This document shows, piece by piece, positions 28,658-38,191 of a stretch of DNA of 64,000 nucleotides. Position 1 is the first letter of the stretch. Every line of letters begins with the position of its first letter. Made by a program: the position numbers and the translations under genes. The stretch is from a virus (Duplodnaviria > Heunggongvirae > Uroviricota > Caudoviricetes), in the IMG/VR virus record IMGVR_UViG_3300035698_015309; one strand, given 5' to 3'. The notes below the pieces were generated by a model. The model saw nothing but the letters and a program-made list of their open reading frames with translations. It ran no database searches and was not told the origin of the DNA.

Positions 28658-28722
28658 CCAGTACACCCCTCCCGCTTGGCACGGTGATCTCCTAATAAAT
28701 CCTGAAGGGGTAGGAGGCACCC

Positions 28723-29523
28723 ATGTCAAACACTCTTGTCGTTACAGCAACGAAACAAGCAGGTAGGGTAGACCATTTCATTGTCGTTGGGGACGGCCCC
28801 TCGTCCACGGATGTTCGGAAGCTGGCCTCCAAGTTCCACGGCAGAGTTGAGAGGGGTCGCAGGGACACGGTAGTGTTGTTTAGTGAACGAGATGGAGCGA
28901 AAGGAACAGCCTTCCTGGAGGCCGCTAAGAAACTGGGATGGCCCGTATACAGTACGGGGGTTGACATAGCGCTAACTGTAGAGTACCCCGAGGATCTGAG
29001 CTACTTTGTGAGAGAGGAACTGGAGTCCCAGCACGACGCTCATCCGTTCATGTCCGGGCGGGCCGTTGTCCTGTTGTTCCAAGGGGGCAACAACCTGGCC
29101 AATGTGCGGAAGTTTCTAGCTGAGGCAAAAAGGAAGGGAATCAGGATCAAAAACGGACCCTCCCTTAGTTTCTTCGACGTGCCCATCAGGGTAGCGACCC
29201 AGGAGACACCAATGAGTCAGACAGCATCAGCCATCACTCTCCAGGACGCTAATCAGCTCGCAGCAAACATCCAGGGGCAACTCAGCTCCATACTCAAACC
29301 ACGCAGCATCAAGGACCTCATGGAGAGGTACGTGAAAAGGGCCGGGATCTCAGTGAAGCTGGATGACATCCTGGAAGACATCATCTACGTCGCCACCAGG
29401 GTCAAAGTCGACCCCCGTCAAATCATGAGACTGGTCAACCAGCACACCATCCCCAGCAGCGGAAGACACGCCACACTCCTGACAGCATCCGACTACGAGA
29501 ACATGCTCACGGACGGAGACTAA
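28723..29523 (+). CDS. hypothetical protein with C-terminal LLTASDY tag; internal start at 29212
   Basis: C-terminal 100 aa paralogous to 30447..30749. Confidence 0.7.
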   Translation: MSNTLVVTATKQAGRVDHFIVVGDGPSSTDVRKLASKFHGRVERGRRDTVVLFSERDGAKGTAFLEAAKKLGWPVYSTGVDIALTVEYPEDLSYFVREELESQHDAHPFMSGRAVVLLFQGGNNLANVRKFLAEAKRKGIRIKNGPSLSFFDVPIRVATQETPMSQTASAITLQDANQLAANIQGQLSSILKPRSIKDLMERYVKRAGISVKLDDILEDIIYVATRVKVDPRQIMRLVNQHTIPSSGRHATLLTASDYENMLTDGD

Positions 29524-29530
29524 GACACCG

Positions 29531-29911
29531 ATGAGACTCCTAACCACAGCAGACTACAAAGCAGCGCTGGATAAAACCTCAGCACTGGGCAACTGCTACG
29601 AAGCTGCTGGCAAATACATCATGGGGTCCGGAAGACGTGACCACGGCATCAGACTTGTACATGGGGAAGTCGCCGGGCAGGGACCACTAGAAGGGAAAAC
29701 CTTCGGACACGCCTGGGATGAGGACGGGAACAATGTTATCGATCTGTCCAATGGAAGACATATCGTGATGCCCAAGGCCGTCTACTACGCCCTGGGACAG
29801 ATAGCTGAGATCCACAACCTCAAGGTCTATACCTGGAGGCAAGCCCAGAAGAACATCCTCAGACATGGACACTGGGGACCTTGGGATCTGAAAACGAGGT
29901 CAGGACTGTGA
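29531..29911 (+). CDS. MRLLTT-tagged hypothetical protein
   Basis: MRLLTTADY...GNCYEAAG...HGEV...HAW (C/H residues suggest a possible papain-like or transglutaminase-like fold). Confidence 0.6.
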   Translation: MRLLTTADYKAALDKTSALGNCYEAAGKYIMGSGRRDHGIRLVHGEVAGQGPLEGKTFGHAWDEDGNNVIDLSNGRHIVMPKAVYYALGQIAEIHNLKVYTWRQAQKNILRHGHWGPWDLKTRSGL

Positions 29912-30015
29912 AACCCTTTGACAAACTACCGAGAAAACGGATCCCCTTAGACCCCGAAGACTTGGAGAAGCTCCGTATGGGAAACTACAACCATCAGACA
30001 ACCCCGGAGACTGAG

Positions 30016-30423
30016 ATGAAGCTACTCACAGCATCCGACTACGAACATACCCTGACAGCCGGAGCAAGCTACTTCTGGGAAGATCTCTGGATAGCCACAG
30101 CCTTCCGGTTTGTCCGGTCCCTGGCCACACAACTAGCCAAACCATTCGGCCCCTTCGGCGGCACTGTGAAGGCCAAGACCAACCTGCTCTTCAAAGTCAG
30201 AGACGACGAAATCGTTGTAGATGTCATGCTGGTCATGAAAGCCAATTTCACCAAGAACCAAATCGAGTTGGAGATCCAACCTAAGTCACGACTGAGCAAC
30301 GTCACCCTCAAACCCCTCCCACTGAACATCGACTACAACACCTCCCTCACAGCCAACGACATCAGCGTCCGTCTCTATCGATGGATGATGCAAAATAACC
30401 TGACCCAGACGCAATCCAAATGA
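30016..30423 (+). CDS. MKLLTA-tagged hypothetical protein
   Basis: GGAG RBS + MKLLTASDY inside ORF 29881..30423. Confidence 0.65.
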   Translation: MKLLTASDYEHTLTAGASYFWEDLWIATAFRFVRSLATQLAKPFGPFGGTVKAKTNLLFKVRDDEIVVDVMLVMKANFTKNQIELEIQPKSRLSNVTLKPLPLNIDYNTSLTANDISVRLYRWMMQNNLTQTQSK

Positions 30424-30446
30424 AACGACAAGCACAGGAGACCACA

Positions 30447-30749
30447 ATGAGCCACAACGCAGGAAGAGCCAACCCCCTTCAGGATGCCAAAGCACTCGCC
30501 GCAGAGATGCAGAGAGTACTCGACAGGCTGCACAAACCAGCGCTCATCAAATCCCTCGTCCAGAAGTACGTGAAGGACGAGGGGATCTCAGTGAAGATGG
30601 ATGACCTCCTGGATGATCTCGTCTACGTCACAAAGACGAAGGTGGACCCCCACGACATCATAAAGGTCGTCAAACAAAACACCATCCCCAGCAGCCGAAG
30701 AGCAGCACTGCTCACAGCAACCGACTACGAACAGATGCTCACCGACTGA
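30447..30749 (+). CDS. hypothetical protein with C-terminal LLTATDY tag
   Basis: Paralog of the 29212..29523 segment. Confidence 0.7.
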   Translation: MSHNAGRANPLQDAKALAAEMQRVLDRLHKPALIKSLVQKYVKDEGISVKMDDLLDDLVYVTKTKVDPHDIIKVVKQNTIPSSRRAALLTATDYEQMLTD

Positions 30750-31550
30750 GCCACCCATTGGGATGGCTGTCCTGGCCACACGATAAGCAGAGACAGAGAG
30801 TTCTCCCCACCCTCCCCTGTGGGACCGTGACGCACGACACGAAGAGACACCCCAACCACAAAGTCTTAGTGATGCCCCCGTCCCCCACACACCAGACACG
30901 ACAGGCTGAGGAAGACACCGGGACATCTCTCCTCGTGTCCTCCTCCGCCCGTCATGTGAGAGGACTCAGGAAACGACACACCCACGACCCATGAGTCCTC
31001 CCCACTCGCTCCTGTCTACTCACCCCTCCCCTGTCTTTCCACTCACCCCCTGTCTCCCTCACCTTTGTCCTTCTCCTCTGTCTGTTGTGTAAAACTCTCT
31101 CCCTCGTCTCCCCCAGTTTCGTCTCTCTGTCGTCTCTAACCACTAACTCGATGTCGAGTTAGCCCCCATTCCGCTCCCAACCCCAAAGTCAAGCGAAACC
31201 GACTGGAAAACTGCGCCTAAGTGATCTGGAGTCCCAAAAAGGCGTATTGGACCTGTATTGATTTTGAAACGCCTACTTTGAATCCCCCTTCCAGGATAGG
31301 GTACAACCCCTGAAACCCTCCCTGACGCCCGCTATGGCCCCACGTAGCCGTTTCCTAACCCTATCCGTTATCCCTATGCCATCCCCCTTTGCGGGGCTTA
31401 CAGTCAACGCTACGGCTTCCCTGCACCGTAGGCCCTCTCCCTAGCTCCAGTACCCCCGTACAGGCTGGAACCCTGGTGTCCAACCTGTCCTGTCTCCACT
31501 ACGGCGGTATGGTGATCAGAGACGACATTGGTGAGGGTAGGAGGAACAAA

Positions 31551-32102
31551 ATGATTAGGTTGCAGAACGGGACTGCGGGAGAACTACAGTTTGACGGGGT
31601 AGAGGAAGCCGCAGCCTTCTTCAAACTGCTTCAGGAACAGACTTCGGATGACGACCAAGCCTTTGATGAGATGATTGCGGAGGAGATAGAAACAAATCCT
31701 CCTGACGAAAAGGCTCCTCGGGAGGAATTTCGAAGAAGCCTCATCCTCAAGGCTTTGGACATGAGAGGAAAGGCTTCGTTAGAGCTTGTGGTCAGTCTCT
31801 ACCAAACCAAACTCACGGATGAGACCCGAGAGCGGTGTAGAAGGGAATTCCCTAGTTCCCATCGTTCTGTAGTCCCTGTCATCGTTCACAGCCCCAGGGT
31901 GCTGTCCCTTGAAGTTCCAGATCCTTCTACGGCTGTCATTAGTCAGGAGGATGAGTGGGTTATCGCTCGTTTGGAATACCCGCTGGTCCTGCGGGACGTG
32001 CATCCGGAGACATTACAGAGTCTTTGTAGACACTGGGAAAGCCTGATCAGTCGTAGCTCTGTACGGTTCAAGTACCTGTTTGACATGGGGTGGGCCTACT
32101 AA
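31551..32102 (+). CDS. hypothetical protein
   Basis: AGGAGG RBS before ATG 31551. Confidence 0.6.
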   Translation: MIRLQNGTAGELQFDGVEEAAAFFKLLQEQTSDDDQAFDEMIAEEIETNPPDEKAPREEFRRSLILKALDMRGKASLELVVSLYQTKLTDETRERCRREFPSSHRSVVPVIVHSPRVLSLEVPDPSTAVISQEDEWVIARLEYPLVLRDVHPETLQSLCRHWESLISRSSVRFKYLFDMGWAY

Positions 32103-32303
32103 ACCTTGACGTTACGGTCTTCCGTCCCTATCCTATGGCTTCCACCCGTGTGGATACGTCCATGCGGAGCCCTGGGCTACGGTTCAGGGCTGCTCTCTTC
32201 GTAGTCCCTGCATCTGCACATGACGATCCAAAAGCAATCTGGGATCTGAAGATCTGCCAAAGGGTCTGGGGTTTTTTTGAGAGGCTGAGATTGAAACGGG
32301 GGT

Positions 32304-32696
32304 CTAGGATGCGTAGAAAGCAGCCTTATGCTTTTTCGCATAGGCTGCGATGGTCGCTAGTACCTGTTCGGTGTCCACCTGTTCGGCAGTACTGAGCAGG
32401 AACGTACTCCAGACCTTGAGGCCCCTTCCCGTGGTTGCTACGAGATCCAGGGACTTGGGATGGTTTACCCATCTGCCGGGCAACTGGACGAGAAGGTTGA
32501 ACTTGGGGCCGACCAACTGCTGGTGTCTTAGGATGATGGCCTGAACGTCATCCACCGTTTTCAGCATCTCGGTGTCGGCCATGAGTTCCAACTCGACGGT
32601 CATTCCGCCCTGGGGGCGTTCCTTGACCTTTCCAAAAACGTGGCCTTGGATGCTGGCGGTTTTGAGTCGGACTTCCTTGGTTGACATAAGCTTCAT
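32304..32696 (-). CDS. MKLMS-tagged hypothetical protein
   Basis: MKLMSTKEVRLKTAS. Confidence 0.65.
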   Translation of the reverse strand: MKLMSTKEVRLKTASIQGHVFGKVKERPQGGMTVELELMADTEMLKTVDDVQAIILRHQQLVGPKFNLLVQLPGRWVNHPKSLDLVATTGRGLKVWSTFLLSTAEQVDTEQVLATIAAYAKKHKAAFYAS

Positions 32697-32776
32697 GCTG
32701 TGTTCTCCTTCGCTGTCATAAGCTTCATCGTGGTCTCTCCTGTCAGAGGAGCGGGGTCTACAGGGGATCTACCGTC

Positions 32777-32995
32777 TCAGCGCAGCAGGGTAGCCTCTCC
32801 GGCGTCCTTTAGCCTACGGCGGAGTATGCCTACCATAAGCATCGGGGTAGCGTCATAGGGGCGGTCTTCGTTCCCCTGGTACTCGTCCCAGCCGCACACT
32901 GCCCGTAGCTCCTGCATCATAGTGAAGAGTGGTATCTGGTTCTGGATCATGTGTTGGGTGATGGACACTGGGGAGAATGGGTCGTAGTTGGACAT
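32777..32995 (-). CDS. hypothetical protein
   Basis: GGAGG RBS before MSNYDPF. Confidence 0.45.
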   Translation of the reverse strand: MSNYDPFSPVSITQHMIQNQIPLFTMMQELRAVCGWDEYQGNEDRPYDATPMLMVGILRRRLKDAGEATLLR

Positions 32996-33070
32996 TGGGC
33001 CTCCTGTGCTTTTAACTACGTGGGGTGTCACGTACAGGGGGCGTTCGGGGTAGAGTGATCCAAGGGGGGG

Positions 33071-33541
33071 GTGCTTATGTCTACAGGAAGGAAAGAGCAA
33101 AAGCTGAGGTACCAGCGTGCTGTAACAAGGGGCATCAAACTTCGTTGCCTTCAACGCAACGGTCCTACTGATGTCGTGGCTGGGATGCTTGAGGTTGATC
33201 CGTCTTCTGAGATACGGGCTGCATACCTGGGACATGAAGACGAGTTGGAACGTGTAGCTCGGGCATGCGTCCGGTGGTTGATTCCGACTGATCCGTGGGG
33301 AGAGCCCCATGATGTTGTGGACTTTGCCACAAAGTTTACCGAGCAACTCAAACCTGAGACGTGCGAAGCAATAGCAGTCGAATTGACGGATCTTCTGGGG
33401 GAGGAGCATTTATCTCTTCGTGGAGATCTTTTCATCTGGCTTGCTTTCCAAACGAAGATCTACAGGGGCTATCTCGAACGTTTGCGGGAGCAAAATTCGA
33501 GGAGACGCCAGAGTCTTCAAACGGGGGTGGGCGATGAGTGA
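33071..33541 (+). CDS. hypothetical protein
   Basis: ORF with G-rich RBS. Confidence 0.55.
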   Translation: MLMSTGRKEQKLRYQRAVTRGIKLRCLQRNGPTDVVAGMLEVDPSSEIRAAYLGHEDELERVARACVRWLIPTDPWGEPHDVVDFATKFTEQLKPETCEAIAVELTDLLGEEHLSLRGDLFIWLAFQTKIYRGYLERLREQNSRRRQSLQTGVGDE

Positions 33542-33935
33542 TGTAGCGAAGGCTCTTGGGTACCTGAACAGTTTGCTGGATGCGGACCCTGTAGCGATGG
33601 GGGCTCTCATTGAGCATCGTGTGCCGTGCAATAAGGCTCTGGCAAGGCACCCGAGGTGTCAGGTTGCTTACCAGGAGGGGAAGCTCATTACGGGTGTCAG
33701 TTCCTACGCTGTGGGGATGCTGGGCATCTTGGTAGGACTGCTGGAACCGTTGGCTGATGGTCCGAAGAAGGGTTGGCCTCCAATCCTGCTGGAGGTCGAG
33801 GGTGAGTGTTCGGCCTGTGGCTTGCGTGGTGAGGCTTTGGAGGAGAAGGGTTGGAAGTCTGGGGATGAGGACTGTCCACTCTGTATGGAGGCACTGGATT
33901 GGCATCCGTTGTACTTCAAGGAGACGGAGGTGTGA
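33534..33935 (+). CDS. hypothetical protein
   Basis: LNSLLDADP.AM..LIEHRVPCN..LA.HP; CSAC/CPLC. Confidence 0.6.
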   Translation: MSDVAKALGYLNSLLDADPVAMGALIEHRVPCNKALARHPRCQVAYQEGKLITGVSSYAVGMLGILVGLLEPLADGPKKGWPPILLEVEGECSACGLRGEALEEKGWKSGDEDCPLCMEALDWHPLYFKETEV

Positions 33936-34003
33936 TCATGCTGTGGTTTGTGGGGGTCTCAGTTTTGAGTTAGTAATCTTCGTAGTGGTATAGGGGATCA
34001 CAA

Positions 34004-34354
34004 ATGAACATTAACCAGCAAATTGATGCAATGGCTATCCGGTGTGGGTGTCTTCCTAGAGAGGAATATCGTAAAAAGGCTTTTGCTCAGGACTGGCGAA
34101 AAGGAAAGTCCTATAGTGTGGAGGAGTTGGCGGTTAGGCAAACGGGTCGGACCACGACAACTCTTTTAGCTGCCTTGTGTGCGGCTGACACAGGTCGGGT
34201 TGTGTTTCTCAGGGGCTTGACCAAGGAGGCAACTCTTTTCATGCGTGATGATGCTCGACGTATGGCTCGGGAAGCTGGGATCAATCCTCAACTTTTTCAA
34301 GTTGATCGTCAGGCTTCTTTGTTTGAGGATCACACTGTTCGGGAGCTTCCATGA
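34004..34354 (+). CDS. hypothetical protein
   Basis: ORF containing RQTGRTT. Confidence 0.5.
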   Translation: MNINQQIDAMAIRCGCLPREEYRKKAFAQDWRKGKSYSVEELAVRQTGRTTTTLLAALCAADTGRVVFLRGLTKEATLFMRDDARRMAREAGINPQLFQVDRQASLFEDHTVRELP

Positions 34355-34587
34355 ATGACGTCACCAAGATCTTCCTCCGTGTGTGTGGGGATGCTGGTTA
34401 CACTCGGATCGCCATTGACAGGCTGGACCTTGAGATGGAGGTCTGTCGGGATTGGGGTGACTTGTCTGAGTTCTCTCACGACGTCTTTGCTGCACCTGAC
34501 TTGAAGGATGCTGACGGTTCTCCTTTATTGTGGGGGATCCTGGAGGAACTGTATCTGGTGTGGGGTCGTTTCCGTCGTGCTGGATGA
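34351..34587 (+). CDS. hypothetical protein
   Basis: ATGA-coupled. Confidence 0.5.
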   Translation: MNDVTKIFLRVCGDAGYTRIAIDRLDLEMEVCRDWGDLSEFSHDVFAAPDLKDADGSPLLWGILEELYLVWGRFRRAG

Positions 34588-34633
34588 GGCTGATGCGGAC
34601 TTCCATTGTGTCCCCCTGTGTTTACAGTGTAAA

Positions 34634-35089
34634 TCAGTCGGGTTGGTCCTTGCAAGGCCCTTTGGGGCATCCGGCCCAGTCGTCCACTCCATGGAACTCG
34701 TAGGGGTCTCCGTCCGTGTAGGGGCTCTTCGGTAGTGGTGGGGTCCAGCCGCCGACGTTCCAGTCCGCCATGTAGAGGTCGTCCAGTCCACCGTCCGTCT
34801 TTGTCCGGTCGTAGAGTTCCTTTGCTTTACGGAGCAGCGTGCGTCTTGCGGCGTCGACCTCGGCTCGGTTGGGTTTGTCGTCCCCTGTCACTGCTCGTTG
34901 GAGTAGGATGCAGGCCATGGAGAGTGCAAGGTGGTGGGTATCCACCACTTCCTGTGTCCTATCCTTGGTGTCTTCCGGGACGTAGGCTGTGGCTTTGAGG
35001 TTGCCGATGATCTCGACCCGTTTCCGGTCTTTGTGGGTGTAGATGGGGTTGCCGTATTCGTCCATTAGGATCCAGAAGCGGTCGATCAT
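34634..35089 (-). CDS. hypothetical protein
   Basis: Part of coupled minus-strand run 35791 to 34634. Confidence 0.55.
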   Translation of the reverse strand: MIDRFWILMDEYGNPIYTHKDRKRVEIIGNLKATAYVPEDTKDRTQEVVDTHHLALSMACILLQRAVTGDDKPNRAEVDAARRTLLRKAKELYDRTKTDGGLDDLYMADWNVGGWTPPLPKSPYTDGDPYEFHGVDDWAGCPKGPCKDQPD

Positions 35090-35228
35090 GGTGTGTCCTG
35101 TGTTGATTTGTCTTCAGGTTTGCACTGTTTCAGCCCCAGATAGAGGGCAACTAGGCCGAAGACACCCAGCCCGCCGCTTATTATGTAGGTCCATTCTACG
35201 ATGAGATCCGCATTTACCGCTGTGGCGA

Positions 35229-35552
35229 TCATGGTGTGTCCTTCCGGTGGCAGTCCTTCCCCAGTATGTTGACGATCCGTTCGATGTCCATGTCGATGTA
35301 GACCTTGGTTCCGCAGTCGTATGTGAGGACAGGATTGTCCTCCTTGTTCACGGAGACCCTCTCGGCCCCACATCTCCAGCATGTCCTTTGATTCAGGGTC
35401 AGGTCTACTTGGTCCTCCCATCTTTTTACGGGGGCTGGTCGTTTCCATTGTGTCCTGGAGGCTGCCCAAACGGCCCCCAGAACGAGAAAGACAAGACCCC
35501 ATCCAACGAGGGTTCCCAGGAGCCAGCCCAGAGCATTGATTGTGGCGATCAT
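35229..35552 (-). CDS. membrane-anchored hypothetical protein
   Basis: N-terminal hydrophobic segment; CWRC. Confidence 0.55.
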   Translation of the reverse strand: MIATINALGWLLGTLVGWGLVFLVLGAVWAASRTQWKRPAPVKRWEDQVDLTLNQRTCWRCGAERVSVNKEDNPVLTYDCGTKVYIDMDIERIVNILGKDCHRKDTP

Positions 35553-35791
35553 TGTTCACCCACCGTGAAGCTACCTACTCCGATGCAGGCGAGCACGTGT
35601 CCACCTCCGACCGCTGGTACCAGGTAGCAGGGTTGCCAGGGGCTGGTGGGTGCGATTCGTGCCCTTGTTCCTTCCTCGGTAGTTTGGAACTCGACCTGTG
35701 TCCCCCAGGATGTGGTGGCTGTGGTTGGAATCTCCTGTGCCATTGTGGGGGCAGCCAATAGGAGTAGGATGATCGTGAGTAGTCGTGTCAT
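35549..35791 (-). CDS. putative secreted small protein
   Basis: Signal-peptide-like MTRLLTIILLLLAAPTMA. Confidence 0.55.
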   Translation of the reverse strand: MTRLLTIILLLLAAPTMAQEIPTTATTSWGTQVEFQTTEEGTRARIAPTSPWQPCYLVPAVGGGHVLACIGVGSFTVGEQ

Positions 35792-35848
35792 GGTTTCTCC
35801 GGGGTCGTCAACGGGATGACTTTACCGTTCCTTAAAACCTACCTAAAT

Positions 35849-37264
35849 CTAGGTGAGCATCAAGTTTGAAGCTGTGCCGCCGTCAGGTAAACCTAATTCA
35901 ACGGTAGTAAGCCTCCTGCCCAACGGTAAGGGCGAGGACGAAGGTTGCTCTAACCTCCCGAATCCCAAGGAACTGGTCCGTCGAAGACGGAATCGCTCTC
36001 TTAGCACTCGTTTTACGCTACGAGGGTGATCACCAGTCCTAATGTGTTCGTCCCCAGAACGTCTGAGCACACCAGAACTTCCTACCCAATCAGCGTGAGC
36101 CTCCCTGCCACAACAGCGGCATTGGAAACTAATTGATCTCCTATTACCACGATGAACGTAATCACAAGAAGGACACTCTTGACTCGTATATGCAGGGTTC
36201 ACCTTTTCGATAGAAGCTTTCCTCTCCAGATTGGTCTGTAACGCACGATAAGCAAAACGCTTCTGACCCCTACAACCAGACAGATCGAGATCCTCTACTA
36301 CGAATATAGTTTCAGGATGTTTCCTTACAAAGGTGTTTACGACACGACCAGTCTCAGTCTTCACGAGCCCTGTTAGACGGGACTCTAATCGATCAAGCCG
36401 AGGACTGTTTTCCTTAAGACCTTGTCGTTGTCGATTCGCCCGTAATGTCTTGATCCGAGCGTACAATTTGTCGAACTTAGGTTTGACAAATCCACCGTAA
36501 AGAACCCCATCGGAAGTAGCTGCTAGAACGTTCAAACCCACGTCAACACCCAACTTCGACCAACCTTCTTGTGCCTCAGGAACAACCCATTCATCTTTAC
36601 TGACGGCTTCAAATCTCCAGAAACCCCTCCTGGTTTTACGGGCTGATAGCCCCTTGTTGACTTGGTCAGCTTGTTGGACGTAAGGATTTCCAACGAGAGG
36701 TAACCAAACTGATTTGCGAGCTTCTAACGAAGAAACCCGCAACCAAAAGTCTGCTGTGACTGCCTTGCTTGGGTTTTCAAGCCGGGCTGTCATTTCGGAC
36801 AGTCTTATCGGAATTTTATCTCTTACGACTGGTGGGTTACCTCCGTAAGTATCCAACAGAGTGTGATAGGCATCCAAGTGGTCTTGGGTGATGAACTTCC
36901 AAGGTTTGCTGATCTGCTTCAACCCGATGGTACAGAGAGCTTTGACATCCTCGTTTGTGATCGTACCGTCGTGTCTGAAATTGGTAATGGTGGGCTTCAG
37001 CTTACGGGCATAGACACCCTTTGCCCAGGTATCTACAATTTGAACGGCATGGTCTCTAGCGTTCTTTTCAATTTGGCTGGTAAGGTTCGCAGCCCGTGAG
37101 AAGAACGTTTGCTTTGCTGATTTCGGAAGGTTGTAGATCCGGTTGTCGAGCATCGTCTGCACGCAAATGCGGACGTAGCTGACGTATTCCTGATGGAGTG
37201 CCTCCAGTTTTTCAACCTTGGAACGGTTGGTATCCTTATGAAGTCGAAAGATACGACACTTCAT
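35849..37264 (-). CDS. tnpB: TnpB nuclease
   Basis: LGVDVG, VVEDLDL, CPSC/CRCC, HADWVG. Confidence 0.92.
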   Translation of the reverse strand: MKCRIFRLHKDTNRSKVEKLEALHQEYVSYVRICVQTMLDNRIYNLPKSAKQTFFSRAANLTSQIEKNARDHAVQIVDTWAKGVYARKLKPTITNFRHDGTITNEDVKALCTIGLKQISKPWKFITQDHLDAYHTLLDTYGGNPPVVRDKIPIRLSEMTARLENPSKAVTADFWLRVSSLEARKSVWLPLVGNPYVQQADQVNKGLSARKTRRGFWRFEAVSKDEWVVPEAQEGWSKLGVDVGLNVLAATSDGVLYGGFVKPKFDKLYARIKTLRANRQRQGLKENSPRLDRLESRLTGLVKTETGRVVNTFVRKHPETIFVVEDLDLSGCRGQKRFAYRALQTNLERKASIEKVNPAYTSQECPSCDYVHRGNRRSISFQCRCCGREAHADWVGSSGVLRRSGDEHIRTGDHPRSVKRVLRERFRLRRTSSLGFGRLEQPSSSPLPLGRRLTTVELGLPDGGTASNLMLT

Positions 37265-37890
37265 CCTACCACCTCCGCTTCTTTTTTCGCTCTACGTCGG
37301 TCAGCCGAACGCTTCCCGTAAATTTTTGCTGAAAATGATGACATGAGCGTCAAAATGTCCTCGACCAACTCCTCCTCGTAGGACTTGCCCAACATTTCTT
37401 GTACCCACTCGATGGTAACATCATGGCTGCTGAAGTAAGCTTCGATCAGGTTGAACCCGAAACGACTCAGACGGTCTTTGTGTTCGACAACCACCCGATC
37501 GATCTCATGGGTGTTGACCAGTTTGAACAACTTTTGGAGTTTGGGTCGGGTGTCGGACATACCTGAACCCACGTCTTGAAGCACCTCAACTAGCTTGTAC
37601 TGTTTCGTGACGCTGTGTGTCGTAACTCGCCCGACTTGACGCTCAAGATCGCCCGACTTCTTCTGGTCGTGACTGCTGACTCGGCAGTAGATGGCAACTC
37701 GTTCCGTACTGGAGTCGACAGGAAGATCCCCTCGCAAGGTGTCAATATCTGATTGCTTGAATCGGCGGTGCCCACCCACGGTGCGAACGTGGGGGAACTT
37801 GCCTTCATCTGCCCAATCCCGAAGCGTGTTCCTATGAACACCAAGGGCTTCTGCTGCCTTAGTAAGGGCTAGGAGACAGTTAGTCGGCAT
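37261..37890 (-). CDS. tnpA: IS607 serine transposase
   Basis: HTH AAEALGVHRNTLRDW, IYCRVSS, EHKDRLSRFG, FSAKIYGKRS. Confidence 0.93.
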   Translation of the reverse strand: MPTNCLLALTKAAEALGVHRNTLRDWADEGKFPHVRTVGGHRRFKQSDIDTLRGDLPVDSSTERVAIYCRVSSHDQKKSGDLERQVGRVTTHSVTKQYKLVEVLQDVGSGMSDTRPKLQKLFKLVNTHEIDRVVVEHKDRLSRFGFNLIEAYFSSHDVTIEWVQEMLGKSYEEELVEDILTLMSSFSAKIYGKRSADRRRAKKEAEVVG

Positions 37891-38080
37891 TTTCGTCTCC
37901 AGAAGCAGGAAGCATCAAACCTTGATCTTCAAAGATCTTGTGCCACCTATTGTACTGCCGTTGGAACTCTTCGACGGTAGGCACCTCATCGGGATCGAAC
38001 GGAATGAAATGTGGGATCACCCGTCCATCAGACGTTTTAAACTCGGTTGCGGTCACTCGGATGATAATGGTTCGTTTCAT
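37880..38080 (-). CDS. 66-aa accessory ORF inside the IS607 element
   Basis: Lies between the left end and tnpA; overlaps the tnpA start. Confidence 0.6.
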   Translation of the reverse strand: MKRTIIIRVTATEFKTSDGRVIPHFIPFDPDEVPTVEEFQRQYNRWHKIFEDQGLMLPASGDENAD

Positions 38081-38191
38081 GCCCCCACTATACCAATGTG
38101 GAAGCTATAAAGGAATCACCGAGAAAAACTGAGGTTCAGGTGGGTTTTTGGCTGCTGTTCAAATACCCCTTTATCTGTGTTCGATCCCGTC

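Larger units (their letters stand above)
35825..38168 (-). mobile_element. IS607-family element carrying extra ORF + tnpA + tnpB
   Basis: Right end GGAACGG at 35825; left end GGGTATTTGAACAGCAGCC (38168-38150) resembles GGGTACTTGACAGCACCC of the sister elements. Confidence 0.8.
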
